From Oliverpabstia sp. (lineage in GTDB: Bacteria; Bacillota; Clostridia; Lachnospirales; Lachnospiraceae), in assembly GCA_051879295.1 (NCBI GenBank), contig JBJELT010000028.1, positions 158-64,157 of the forward strand: a stretch of DNA of 64,000 nt, written 5' to 3'. This document shows positions 10,174 through 18,721 of this stretch, in pieces. The notes under the pieces were generated by a model that saw only the letters and a list, made by a program, of their open reading frames with translations, searched no databases and had not been told where the DNA came from. The position numbers and the translations under genes are program-made. Every line of letters starts with the position of its first letter. Position 1 is the stretch's first letter.

Positions 10174-10779
10174 TCACTGTTCCCCCTCAGATTTCATTAT
10201 TTCACTTATCAACAGTATGGTACCATACAAGCCACAAACTAAAAGAATTAAATCTTCATAAGCATGAAATATAATCGCCTTTACTCCAGTCAGTCCCCAT
10301 ATAGTCAGCAAAGCAAGAAGTGCCTTGTTTTTTCTATCGTACCCCGCATAGACAGCTATACTTAAACTAATTACAGGACAAGGCATGATATATGTTACCA
10401 TTTGTGGAAAAGAGTTACCCAAAAGGATAGAAGCAAAAGGATAGAACAGATAAAGCAATAGTAATATTGCTTGCAGCATATTGAATTTTTTAAGTATATC
10501 ATCTTTATTATGCCAACTCTCGAATAAAAACAAAGCTCCGACAAGTAGGTACAATGGCAAAGCAAAATATTTTTGAATAGGTTCTGTTCCATACCATGCA
10601 AAAAAACCGATACCAATAAATAAGTTCGTAATTCCCAGTGAAAATTTTGCAGCCCACTTTATTTTTTTCGTATAAGATAATACAATTGCTGAAAGTAAAA
10701 ATACTAACAAGATCATTTGAATTATCCACGTTTTTTCATTATAATTTCCGATTACGTTCCAAAATGCTTGTGCATCCAC
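10174..10779 (-). CDS. Membrane protein (DUF6064-like)
   Basis: FWNVIGNYN start, PCP motif, multiple TM segments. Confidence 0.6.
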   Translation of the reverse strand: MDAQAFWNVIGNYNEKTWIIQMILLVFLLSAIVLSYTKKIKWAAKFSLGITNLFIGIGFFAWYGTEPIQKYFALPLYLLVGALFLFESWHNKDDILKKFNMLQAILLLLYLFYPFASILLGNSFPQMVTYIMPCPVISLSIAVYAGYDRKNKALLALLTIWGLTGVKAIIFHAYEDLILLVCGLYGTILLISEIMKSEGEQ

Positions 10780-10806
10780 TTATTCATCCCCCATAACTTC
10801 AAATGC

Positions 10807-11661
10807 TTACGAACCAATGTGATGCCTGTGATGTGTGTTACACCACTCCGGATATTCATTTCTTAAAATAGAAAAATATAATCGTCCAACATACTGCCCA
10901 TCCATAAAGAAATAATCTCTTAATGTACCTTCATATGTAAAACCACATTTTTCTATGACTCTCTTAGACGGAATATTAATGGTTTTTGTGCAAATCTGAA
11001 CTTTATGCAAATTAATATTTTGAAATCCATAGTCTATAACTGCCTTTGTTGCTTCCGTTGCAAACCCTTTACATTGAAAAGCAGAGCCAATACAGTATTC
11101 TATCTCTGCAAAGTGATTTTTATTGTCAACCAAAAAATAAGCAATCTGACCTATACACTCATCTGATTCTTTACAAATTATTGCCCAACGATAGTAATCC
11201 TCTTTTACATAAGAACCTATATATTTATCCAGTAATTCTTTTACTTCTTCTTTTGTTCTATAAACAGGCTCTGAATACATTGATTGTATTTTTTCATCAG
11301 AAATCCAATACTTACGCATTGCTTCATTATCTGAGTACTGAAACCTACGAAGAATTAATCTTTCTGTTTCGATTGTATTAGTTCCAACATGTGTAAGAAC
11401 TCCTTCAAAATCAAGATTTTTCCCAACGATAACACCAAGGCACAGCACAGCAAAGGCTGAGAGCAATCCATTCACAAAAAGTCGTTCTCTTTTATATTTT
11501 ATAAAAAATGCATTAATCAGAATATAGATTCCGCCTGTCAAACCGCATATGATGAGAAACTCATCTGAAAACAAAAAGTTACCAATAACCGTTAGTAGCC
11601 CATATACGATAAGGTATCCGACTGACCATGAAATCGCATGTATCAGTTTATCTTTCTCCAT
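10807..11661 (-). CDS. RimJ/RimL-type GNAT fused to an N-terminal membrane-protein fragment
   Basis: LTHVGTNTIETERLILRRF...FQCKGFATEA..SKRVIEKCGFTYEG, preceded by 3 TM helices. Confidence 0.75.
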   Translation of the reverse strand: MEKDKLIHAISWSVGYLIVYGLLTVIGNFLFSDEFLIICGLTGGIYILINAFFIKYKRERLFVNGLLSAFAVLCLGVIVGKNLDFEGVLTHVGTNTIETERLILRRFQYSDNEAMRKYWISDEKIQSMYSEPVYRTKEEVKELLDKYIGSYVKEDYYRWAIICKESDECIGQIAYFLVDNKNHFAEIEYCIGSAFQCKGFATEATKAVIDYGFQNINLHKVQICTKTINIPSKRVIEKCGFTYEGTLRDYFFMDGQYVGRLYFSILRNEYPEWCNTHHRHHIGS

Positions 11662-11928
11662 AATCTCAATCCTCCACCAATGTGCCTTATCTTTCTCATT
11701 TTATAAAACTTTATGCGGCCAATTACATATCCCTATCTCCAGGGCTCGTTCTTCTTTCAAATGAAAATCTGCAATACCAGCATCCTTTCAGGCTTTCTAT
11801 TGCTTCTTCTCTGGGTGTATATGCCGGACACAGATCCTCCGGCCACACGTTTCCATTTTTATTTTGCACTTCAAAGTACATCCTGTATCGTGCCATATAT
11901 ACCACCTTCAATTTCATACGAAAGTCAT

Positions 11929-12828
11929 TTACCGTTTACTTTTTTCCGGCAATGCCGTAATCATTAAATAGAGTCCGCCTAACAGTACAACTGTTCCGAT
12001 CATAATCAGCATCATATCTTTTGGTTCCACGACATTTCCCTGAAATGTCGGATTGCAATCCAGGGAATCCGCAATTTCATTTACAACCTCTGCAGGGAAG
12101 CCTTTTGTTTCCATCTCCTCAAAAACGCCTCGAAGCATATGATTTTTAATCAATGCGGTCCCGTATGTACCTGGGAGATAACTCATGACTTTCTGCAGTC
12201 CCTCTCCAAAGTTTGAGATTGGCATATAGGCTCCGCAGATAAAACCGTATCCGGCACTGACAATCGTTCCTACTGCCGACATTTGCCCCTGTGTTTTCAA
12301 CGGATAGCAGACAATGCTGGATAAGACAGCACCAAATAATACCAAGATAAGCAGGTCCAGCATTAAAAGTACCACATCCATCACCGTCAGATACCAGCCC
12401 ATCATCCCTATGTATCCAAGGCAAAGTGCCAGAGCCAATACATTCACCATCAGGGAATTCATCACTGTAGAAAAGAAATACCCAAGATAGATCATAGGCT
12501 TTCTGATCGGCGATACATCAAAATCCTTCCGCACTCCAAAGGCACGATCCTGTACCATCGTCAGATTGACACAAAAGGTTACCGTCACACAACTGACTGC
12601 CAGAAGGGCTGCCGCAAGCTGCCCTGCCACCGTTCCGTTGATCAGCTTTTCTGAAATATCCACCACAGCCGGTATATTGGAGGTAAAGGAATCTTTATAC
12701 ACTTTCGCCAGAAATGTGGCATACAAAACAATCAGAATCATCGGTGTAATTAATGAGGAAAGAAGCATCCCCTTATCTCTGAAAAAGAGTTTCCTATTTC
12801 TTTCAATCAGTGCTATAAATGTTCTCAT
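11929..12828 (-). CDS. ABC-2 type transporter permease
   Basis: RNRKLFFRDKG start, TM segments, GAYMP motif; coupled to the ATPase. Confidence 0.85.
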   Translation of the reverse strand: MRTFIALIERNRKLFFRDKGMLLSSLITPMILIVLYATFLAKVYKDSFTSNIPAVVDISEKLINGTVAGQLAAALLAVSCVTVTFCVNLTMVQDRAFGVRKDFDVSPIRKPMIYLGYFFSTVMNSLMVNVLALALCLGYIGMMGWYLTVMDVVLLMLDLLILVLFGAVLSSIVCYPLKTQGQMSAVGTIVSAGYGFICGAYMPISNFGEGLQKVMSYLPGTYGTALIKNHMLRGVFEEMETKGFPAEVVNEIADSLDCNPTFQGNVVEPKDMMLIMIGTVVLLGGLYLMITALPEKSKR

Positions 12829-13745
12829 CTCTGTTCACCTCCCAGTTTTTTTCCCGTTACTGTGATAAAGACATCGTCCATTCCACCTTTGACAATCTCA
12901 TAATCACGAAATACAGATGCATGGTTTACGATCAGACCGGTTGCTGCCAGAGGCGTCTCAATGGCAATTCTGTATCCGTCTCTGATCTCTTCATATGCCA
13001 TCCCCAGACTTTCAACTTCCTCTTTGGTCACTCCATAGATAGAGAGATAATCTTTCACATATTCACTCTTCAATTCATATGGAGTACCTTCTGCCGCAAT
13101 ACAGCCATGATCGATGATCACGATATAGTCGGCGGATGCTGCTTCCTCCATATAATGAGTTGTCAGTAAAACCGTAAGTCCCTCTTCCTCACGAAGTGTC
13201 TCAATAATACTCCAGATCATTTTTCTGGTCTGGGGATCCAGTCCGGTGGTCGGTTCATCCAGTATTAATAACTGCGGTCTGTGAATCAAAGCCCTTGCAA
13301 TATCCACCCTACGCCTCTGACCGCCTGATAATTTTCCTACAGGACGGTCAATAAATTCCTGTAGTTCAAAAATCGTAATCAATTCCTGAAGCCGTTCTTC
13401 AAACTTTTTCCCTGTGATGCCATACAGCGCAGCTCTGCTTTTCAAATTTTCTCTTGCAGTCAATGGTTTATCTAACACGCTGTCCTGAAATACAACACCC
13501 GTCATTTCTTTGATCTTATGCCCTGAACGATTCACATTCCACCCATTGACCCAAATATCTCCGCCATCTGCAGATAACTGACCACAGATCATAGAGATTG
13601 TTGTACTTTTTCCTGCACCATTTACGCCCAGGAATGCAAACAGTTCTCCTCTTTTCACACGAAAGCTCAGATCATTGACTGCCTTTACCATTCCAAAACT
13701 CTTATTCAAATGATTTATTTCTATGATATTCTCCTGCGTACTCAC
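12825..13745 (-). CDS. ABC transporter ATP-binding protein
   Basis: GVNGAGKST, LSGGQ, LILDEPT, TTHYMEEA. Confidence 0.92.
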   Translation of the reverse strand: MSTQENIIEINHLNKSFGMVKAVNDLSFRVKRGELFAFLGVNGAGKSTTISMICGQLSADGGDIWVNGWNVNRSGHKIKEMTGVVFQDSVLDKPLTARENLKSRAALYGITGKKFEERLQELITIFELQEFIDRPVGKLSGGQRRRVDIARALIHRPQLLILDEPTTGLDPQTRKMIWSIIETLREEEGLTVLLTTHYMEEAASADYIVIIDHGCIAAEGTPYELKSEYVKDYLSIYGVTKEEVESLGMAYEEIRDGYRIAIETPLAATGLIVNHASVFRDYEIVKGGMDDVFITVTGKKLGGEQR

Positions 13746-14108
13746 AATCTTTTTCTATCTCCTTTCCATACATTTTTTCAAAGCGTTCAAAACGCGAACG
13801 TCTGTTTTCTTTATTGTAGCTAACGATCGTTCTTATTGTCAATATAAACTTTTCAGCATCATTTCTAAAAGATTTCACTATAATTCTACAAGCGTATTTC
13901 ATATGTATATAGGTGGTTTTTATATCTATATGTGTCCGTTTTACAGATTTTACTCCCTGAGCCAAAATGTAAAACGCAGCACTGGCCGGTCACCCGGTTC
14001 AGCACTGCGTCTAATGCGTCTGGCTAATCAGTTTTACTTTATAATGTACTGCCCTTATCAACATTTATAATTCCCTTTGTTTCAGACGAATCGATAACAG
14101 CATTAATT

Positions 14109-14716
14109 TCAAGTACTGACATTTTCTTTTCCCTTCCATCCCGTATAAAGATATACTCCTAAAACTGCTGTGAAACCAGATGCGGCAAATACGCTGAATC
14201 TCTCTGATATTCCAAAATAATCATGTGGCAACACAGCTGTACCTACTGCACCTGTTATCATCATGGCAAGTGCTGCCAGTGCCCATTTTCCCAATGACGG
14301 ACATTCTTTTTGAATCAAGCCCCGTATACAATCAGCATCAACGAAGCACTTGACAGCATAACCACTGCCATTGTCACAATCAGGTGCATAATATCCTGAA
14401 ATCGTCCGGATATGCCTGCATCCACCAATGGAAACATATTGTATCCTACTGCAGAAATCCAATTCATAATTGCAAACAAGTATACTCCCATCCTCAAAAC
14501 CCGATTATAGTGCTCTTTAATCGTCACACAGCACATTGTCACACAGACAATCCCACACGGCATATAGAATGCGCCCAATTGTTCTCAGAGCACTCTGGAC
14601 GGTGCAGAATCAGCAGAAAGATCGCTGACAGCTTGTGAAATCCAGTTGTATCCCGGATAAGCAAGCGGAGACAAAACAACAGCCGCTGTGTAGGATAGTA
14701 AACTTACAATCCCCAT
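14109..14716 (-). pseudogene. DUF998-like membrane protein pseudogene
   Basis: GIVSLLSYTAAVVLSPLAYPGYNWISQAVSDL has an in-frame TGA, then a frameshift near LIVYG; the C-terminus (GISERFSV) is in another frame. Confidence 0.7.
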
Positions 14717-14820
14717 CGAAGTTCTAAATGTAAACTACAAGTTGCATTGATAATTTTTTAGGCTTTTATGCCACTAATTAGCACTGGATAATATAACGAG
14801 TGTACATTTTCAAGAACTCC

Positions 14821-15627
14821 TTACTTAGAAAAAAACTTTAAGATTCGTCCGTTGAAGTCTTTTGCCTCTTCGTAAGCGGCATGACCAAACTGAGTGTAAA
14901 TATACTCTTCACAGGATTTAATTCTCTCAACAATTTCTATGGACGCATCAACTCCAACTATTCTGTCACATTCGCCACCTATAACCAAAGTCGGACACAC
15001 TATCTTATCCAATTCTGGATAGGCATTGTGATATATACAAGACTTTGCCTGTATGATAAATCTGCTAAAGTCTTTAGGTTTTCCCATTCTTCCAAGAAGC
15101 GGGTATAATAACCTATATTTCTTTAAGTATCTTTCAGAGTAAGACCTTTCTGTTGTGTCAATCATCAGGTTTTTATAATCGTTATTCTCTGCCATTGAAA
15201 TCCAATTGCCAACAACATTCTGTATCAGTTCATTTTGTTTCGACAAAGTTACTGCCAACACAAGTTTCTCAACTAAGTTAGGATAATCAATTGCTAGATA
15301 TTGTGCAATCATTCCACCTTGAGAAATCCCTAAAATATTAGCGTTTTTTATACCAAGCATTTTCATAGCTTCCGCTTGGTCTCTTGCCATATCTCTTGTT
15401 GAATAACCTTCTTCCAAATCATTTTTCCTGCTGAAAATAAATACTTTATAGTCATTTGCATACATTCGGTAAGCCATTGACATTGGTAGAGCTATTCCCT
15501 TAACTGTAGTCAATCCGTCCCCCAGCCCAGGAAGCATAATTAGATTATTTGTTCCCTTTCCAAAAGATACATAGTACATATCCATATCATCAATACGGAC
15601 ACATCCATTTTTTGCATTCCAAAGCAT
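14821..15627 (-). CDS. Alpha/beta fold hydrolase
   Basis: GISQGG nucleophile elbow, PTLVIGGECD, GH. Confidence 0.9.
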   Translation of the reverse strand: MLWNAKNGCVRIDDMDMYYVSFGKGTNNLIMLPGLGDGLTTVKGIALPMSMAYRMYANDYKVFIFSRKNDLEEGYSTRDMARDQAEAMKMLGIKNANILGISQGGMIAQYLAIDYPNLVEKLVLAVTLSKQNELIQNVVGNWISMAENNDYKNLMIDTTERSYSERYLKKYRLLYPLLGRMGKPKDFSRFIIQAKSCIYHNAYPELDKIVCPTLVIGGECDRIVGVDASIEIVERIKSCEEYIYTQFGHAAYEEAKDFNGRILKFFSK

Positions 15628-15642
15628 AATTTCAGTTGCCTC

Positions 15643-16266
15643 CTACTTCCAAAGCCCGTTCTTTAATATTTCCATATGCTCTGTTAAACTCTGCACATAT
15701 TCATGTTTCAAAGATTCAAATGAACTATCATTATTTTGAATGTGTTGTAAGAAATCCTCGTTAAAACCTTTTAGAAACCATTTCAATATATCAACTGTTT
15801 TCTTCCTATCACCACGGAAGTTACTCAAATCAACATTTTCAAGCAATTTGTAGTAGATATCTGACTCTATTAAGCCGTACCTTTCTATAGTCTTCCGATA
15901 AATCTCAGTATCTCTCTTTACAAAAGCTCCTATTACCATTCTAGATTTTTCAGGATTCTTGATATACCACGAAAATTCTAATACAGAATACTCAATAACT
16001 CTTTGAAACAATTTTGTTGAAAGATCTGCAGCATCTTTTTCTAAGGATTCAGTAAGTTCAGTTGTTACTATATCAAGTAAGAAAAAGTATAAATCCTCTT
16101 TGGTTGAGAAGTATTTGAATAAACTACCTTTACTAATTCCAGATTTTTTTACAATTCGATTAGTAGAACTGTTTTCATACCCATACTCAGAAAACTCAGA
16201 TATTCCAGCATCAACAATCTGTGCTTTTTTATCAGTACTTAATTCAAAAAACAATCTTGTAGGCAT
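15643..16266 (-). CDS. TetR/AcrR family regulator
   Basis: Likely start MPTRLFFEL after GGAGG; HTH STNRIVKKSGISKGSLFKYF. Confidence 0.85.
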   Translation of the reverse strand: MPTRLFFELSTDKKAQIVDAGISEFSEYGYENSSTNRIVKKSGISKGSLFKYFSTKEDLYFFLLDIVTTELTESLEKDAADLSTKLFQRVIEYSVLEFSWYIKNPEKSRMVIGAFVKRDTEIYRKTIERYGLIESDIYYKLLENVDLSNFRGDRKKTVDILKWFLKGFNEDFLQHIQNNDSSFESLKHEYVQSLTEHMEILKNGLWK

Positions 16267-16280
16267 ATTTCCTCCATTGG

Positions 16281-16336
16281 TGACCATGTGGTCATCCACG
16301 ATGTTAAGTATTAGTGACCACATGGTCACTAATACT
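16281..16336. promoter_or_regulatory. Two TetR-type operators (TGACCA-N2-TGGTCA)
   Basis: tgaccatgtggtca (16281-16294) and agtattagtgacca-ca-tggtcactaatact (16307-16336), directly upstream of tetR. Confidence 0.65.
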
Positions 16337-16369
16337 AGTATATCTATTCCCATCATAGTAGTCAATATC

Positions 16370-16443
16370 CAAACTACTTGATATGCAGCATCTAATATAC
16401 GCTGTTGTCGTTCATATGGAAGCGCAAAAAACTTTTCATTCAT
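16370..16443 (-). pseudogene. 5' remnant of a second TetR gene
   Basis: MNEKFFALPYERQQRILDAAYQV after AGGAGG, with its own palindrome TTGACCaatcGGTCAA upstream. Confidence 0.55.
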
Positions 16444-16705
16444 GATAACCCTCCTTTTGACCAATCGGTCAATACATACACAATATACCTCCGTTGACCG
16501 TTTTGTGGAAGACCATTCCAAAAGAAATGCCCAGAGACATTCCCCGTTTTCCATCTTGGAAATTTAAGGTTACTGTTCACATGGCACTATCCCGAGACAT
16601 ACGGCGCGAAATGATGCAGAATGCATCATTACTGTGCATCGCGAAGCGTGTTGCTGGTCACGGAGTGAACAGTAACAATTTAAGGACGTCCCTTGGAAAC
16701 TAATT

Positions 16706-16734
16706 AAAAAGGGTACTTGAATTCACAAGCACCC
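16706..16734 (-). terminator. Terminator of the toxin mRNA
   Basis: GGGTGCTTG-TGAATT-CAAGTACCC followed by TTTTT on the minus strand. Confidence 0.65.
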
Positions 16735-16749
16735 CAGTGTATAATCTAG

Positions 16750-16852
16750 TTAGAAAGTAATCGGACACAAGTTCCGATTGCCCTCGTAAAAACGTAAACT
16801 ACTAGAAGAATTTAAGCATCTTTACTTGGCGGTGGGATGCTTATTTCTTTTT
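16750..16852 (+). ncRNA. Putative type I antitoxin antisense RNA
   Basis: TTGAAT-17-TATAAT promoter (16717-16745); terminator AAGCATC...GATGCTT-ATTTCTTTTT; antisense to the toxin 3' end and 3' UTR. Confidence 0.6.
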
Positions 16853-16921
16853 ATGCTGATCTATGTAGGTTAATGCTACGAATACTACTAACAATAAAGT
16901 CAAAACTTCCATTGTGTTCAT
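16841..16921 (-). CDS. Putative type I toxin (holin-like membrane peptide, 26 aa)
   Basis: MNTMEVLTLLLVVFVALTYIDQHKKK, strong RBS GAAAGGAGGGTGATGCCC, convergent sRNA. Confidence 0.7.
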   Translation of the reverse strand: MNTMEVLTLLLVVFVALTYIDQHKKK

Positions 16922-17001
16922 GGGCATCACCCTCCTTTCGTGAGATAAGAGGGCAACATAATCAGAAACTTGCATCCGTTTCCTTTTGATTATACTCTAA
17001 A

Positions 17002-17030
17002 ATTATACCATCTACAGAACAAATGTTCAA
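17002..17030 (-). promoter_or_regulatory. sigma-A promoter overlapped by a LexA (Cheo) box
   Basis: TTGAAC-17-TATAAT; GAAC-aaat-GTTC at 17017-17028 overlaps the -35 box. Confidence 0.6.
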
Positions 17031-17157
17031 TCATTTTTTATTAACCATCTTAGACTGACAATTATAATTATTTTTTTAAAACAACTTGTTAACTTTTTCG
17101 TTGTATCAGCATTCCTAAAATACACTGTATCAGAATATCAATATCATCCAAATATGG

Positions 17158-18721
17158 TCAAAAAAAGTGTGTGGCGGTTAACCACACTCAAAATCAGCAT
17201 TTACAAGGCTTTATGAAAAACTTAGTTTCCAGCCATCTGTTTTGCAACATGGCACAGTTTTCTATTCTATAATCTCCGTCATCATAAAAATATCTCCATC
17301 ATTTCAAGAGAAAATGATGGAGATGATTCGATTAAATACGTACATAGCCAGTAGAAGGACCAGCGCCGACTTTGGCAATATAACCACTTTTAACCAATTC
17401 GGTGAGGGTTCTTTCCACAGTAACTTTACTTATATCCGGACAAAGCTCCATGATTTCCTTCTTCGTGATTTTACCAACCTTATTATCAATGACTGCTTTG
17501 ATTCTGTCTGGCTTAGAGAGGCTGCGGTGTTTCAGATGCTCTACACGACTTTCAAACTCGTTATATGCTTTCAGCATGATGCCAAGATAATACTTTACGA
17601 AAGGCTCATAACTATTTTCTCCCTCGTGCCAGCCGGTAGAACTTGCTTGCAAGGCTTCATAATAGGTTTCTTTTGTCTTTTCAATCAGCATTTCCATACT
17701 GACATATTTACCAACGATATACCCCGCTTTATAAAATAGAAGAAGTGTCAGCAGGCGGCTCATTCGACCATTTCCATCGTTGAAAGGATGGATGCAGAGA
17801 AAATCCAAAATGAACATCGGGATCAATACGAGCTTATCCATGCGATCAGCTTCCCATGCTTCTAAAAATCTGGTACACAGTTCATCCATGGCTTCAGCTG
17901 TTTGAAACGCAGGAACCGGAATGAAACGAGCCTTCTGATATCCTTCAGCATCCGTTTCCGCAATTACATTATCGGAGTTTTTATAGCTGCCGCCAGCAGC
18001 ACCTTGGGAGTAAGAATATAAATCACGATGCAGCTGCAAAATGATGTTGGGTCTCGGATTGATATATTCGTAGCTTTCGTGAATCGTTGCAAGGACTTCA
18101 CGATAACCGGCAATTTCCTGTTCTGAACGATTGCGAGGTTCCGCTTTCTGGCTTACCAGTTCTTCCAGACGCTTATCACTTGTAAAAATACCTTCAATTC
18201 TGTTGGATGCACCGGTACTCTGAATAAGAGCAACCTCTAAAAGAGTTTTCAGCTCATCAATATTAGCTTCAAGAAACAGTTCCTGCTTGCCTTTGTGTTC
18301 GTGTATGCTTCCAATCATCTGAACAATCTCAGATGTCAGGAGTTTTTCGGGTGTTTTACTATAATCGAAATCTCTCATAGGAATCTCCTTCATTTCAGAT
18401 TTATCTCTATCATTTTAGCATCTAATGATGGAGATTTCAATAGGCATGATGGAGATAGAATCTCCGTTTTATTTAAGCTCTATTCAAAAGAGTACTTTAA
18501 AGGAAGCCGCCGTTTCCTCGGTATAGGCAAAAGCCGTTGTCGAGAACACGCTCATACACAGCACAGTCGCAAGAAAAGCGGCACTAAATCTTTTAAGAAA
18601 GTTGATTGGGGGTCAGGTTCGCAGCGTTAATCAAAAAAAGAGTGTGGCGATTAACCACACTCAAAATCAGCATTTACAAGGCTTTATGAAAAACTTAGTT
18701 TCCAGCCATCTGTTTTGCAAC
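17158..18721. mobile_element. Fic mini-island at the tsf 3' end, bounded by 91-bp direct repeats
   Basis: 17158-17248 matches 18631-18721 at 89/91 nt; the repeat includes the last 27 nt of tsf and its terminator. Confidence 0.75.
17332..18378 (-). CDS. Fic family protein with C-terminal HTH
   Basis: Canonical HPFNDGNGRMSR; N-terminal inhibitory-type SNRIEG; C-terminal winged-helix-like segment; start MRDFDY after GAAGGAG. Confidence 0.92.
   Translation of the reverse strand: MRDFDYSKTPEKLLTSEIVQMIGSIHEHKGKQELFLEANIDELKTLLEVALIQSTGASNRIEGIFTSDKRLEELVSQKAEPRNRSEQEIAGYREVLATIHESYEYINPRPNIILQLHRDLYSYSQGAAGGSYKNSDNVIAETDAEGYQKARFIPVPAFQTAEAMDELCTRFLEAWEADRMDKLVLIPMFILDFLCIHPFNDGNGRMSRLLTLLLFYKAGYIVGKYVSMEMLIEKTKETYYEALQASSTGWHEGENSYEPFVKYYLGIMLKAYNEFESRVEHLKHRSLSKPDRIKAVIDNKVGKITKKEIMELCPDISKVTVERTLTELVKSGYIAKVGAGPSTGYVRI

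Noticed and set aside
1476-14743. Classical integron
   Set aside because: No intI, and the junction sites lack the RYYYAAC...GTTRRRY attC ends; kept only as an integron-like hypothesis.
15643-16554. 303-aa extended TetR ORF
   Set aside because: The extension reads through a TetR stub and operator palindromes; a good RBS supports the start at 16266.
16693-16703. Third, inverted copy of the tsf end (TGGAAACTAA)
   Set aside because: Only a 10-bp match in AT-rich DNA; likely chance.
18500-18625. oriT or ncRNA inside the Fic island
   Set aside because: GC-richer with small hairpins, but no recognisable nic site or RNA family motif.
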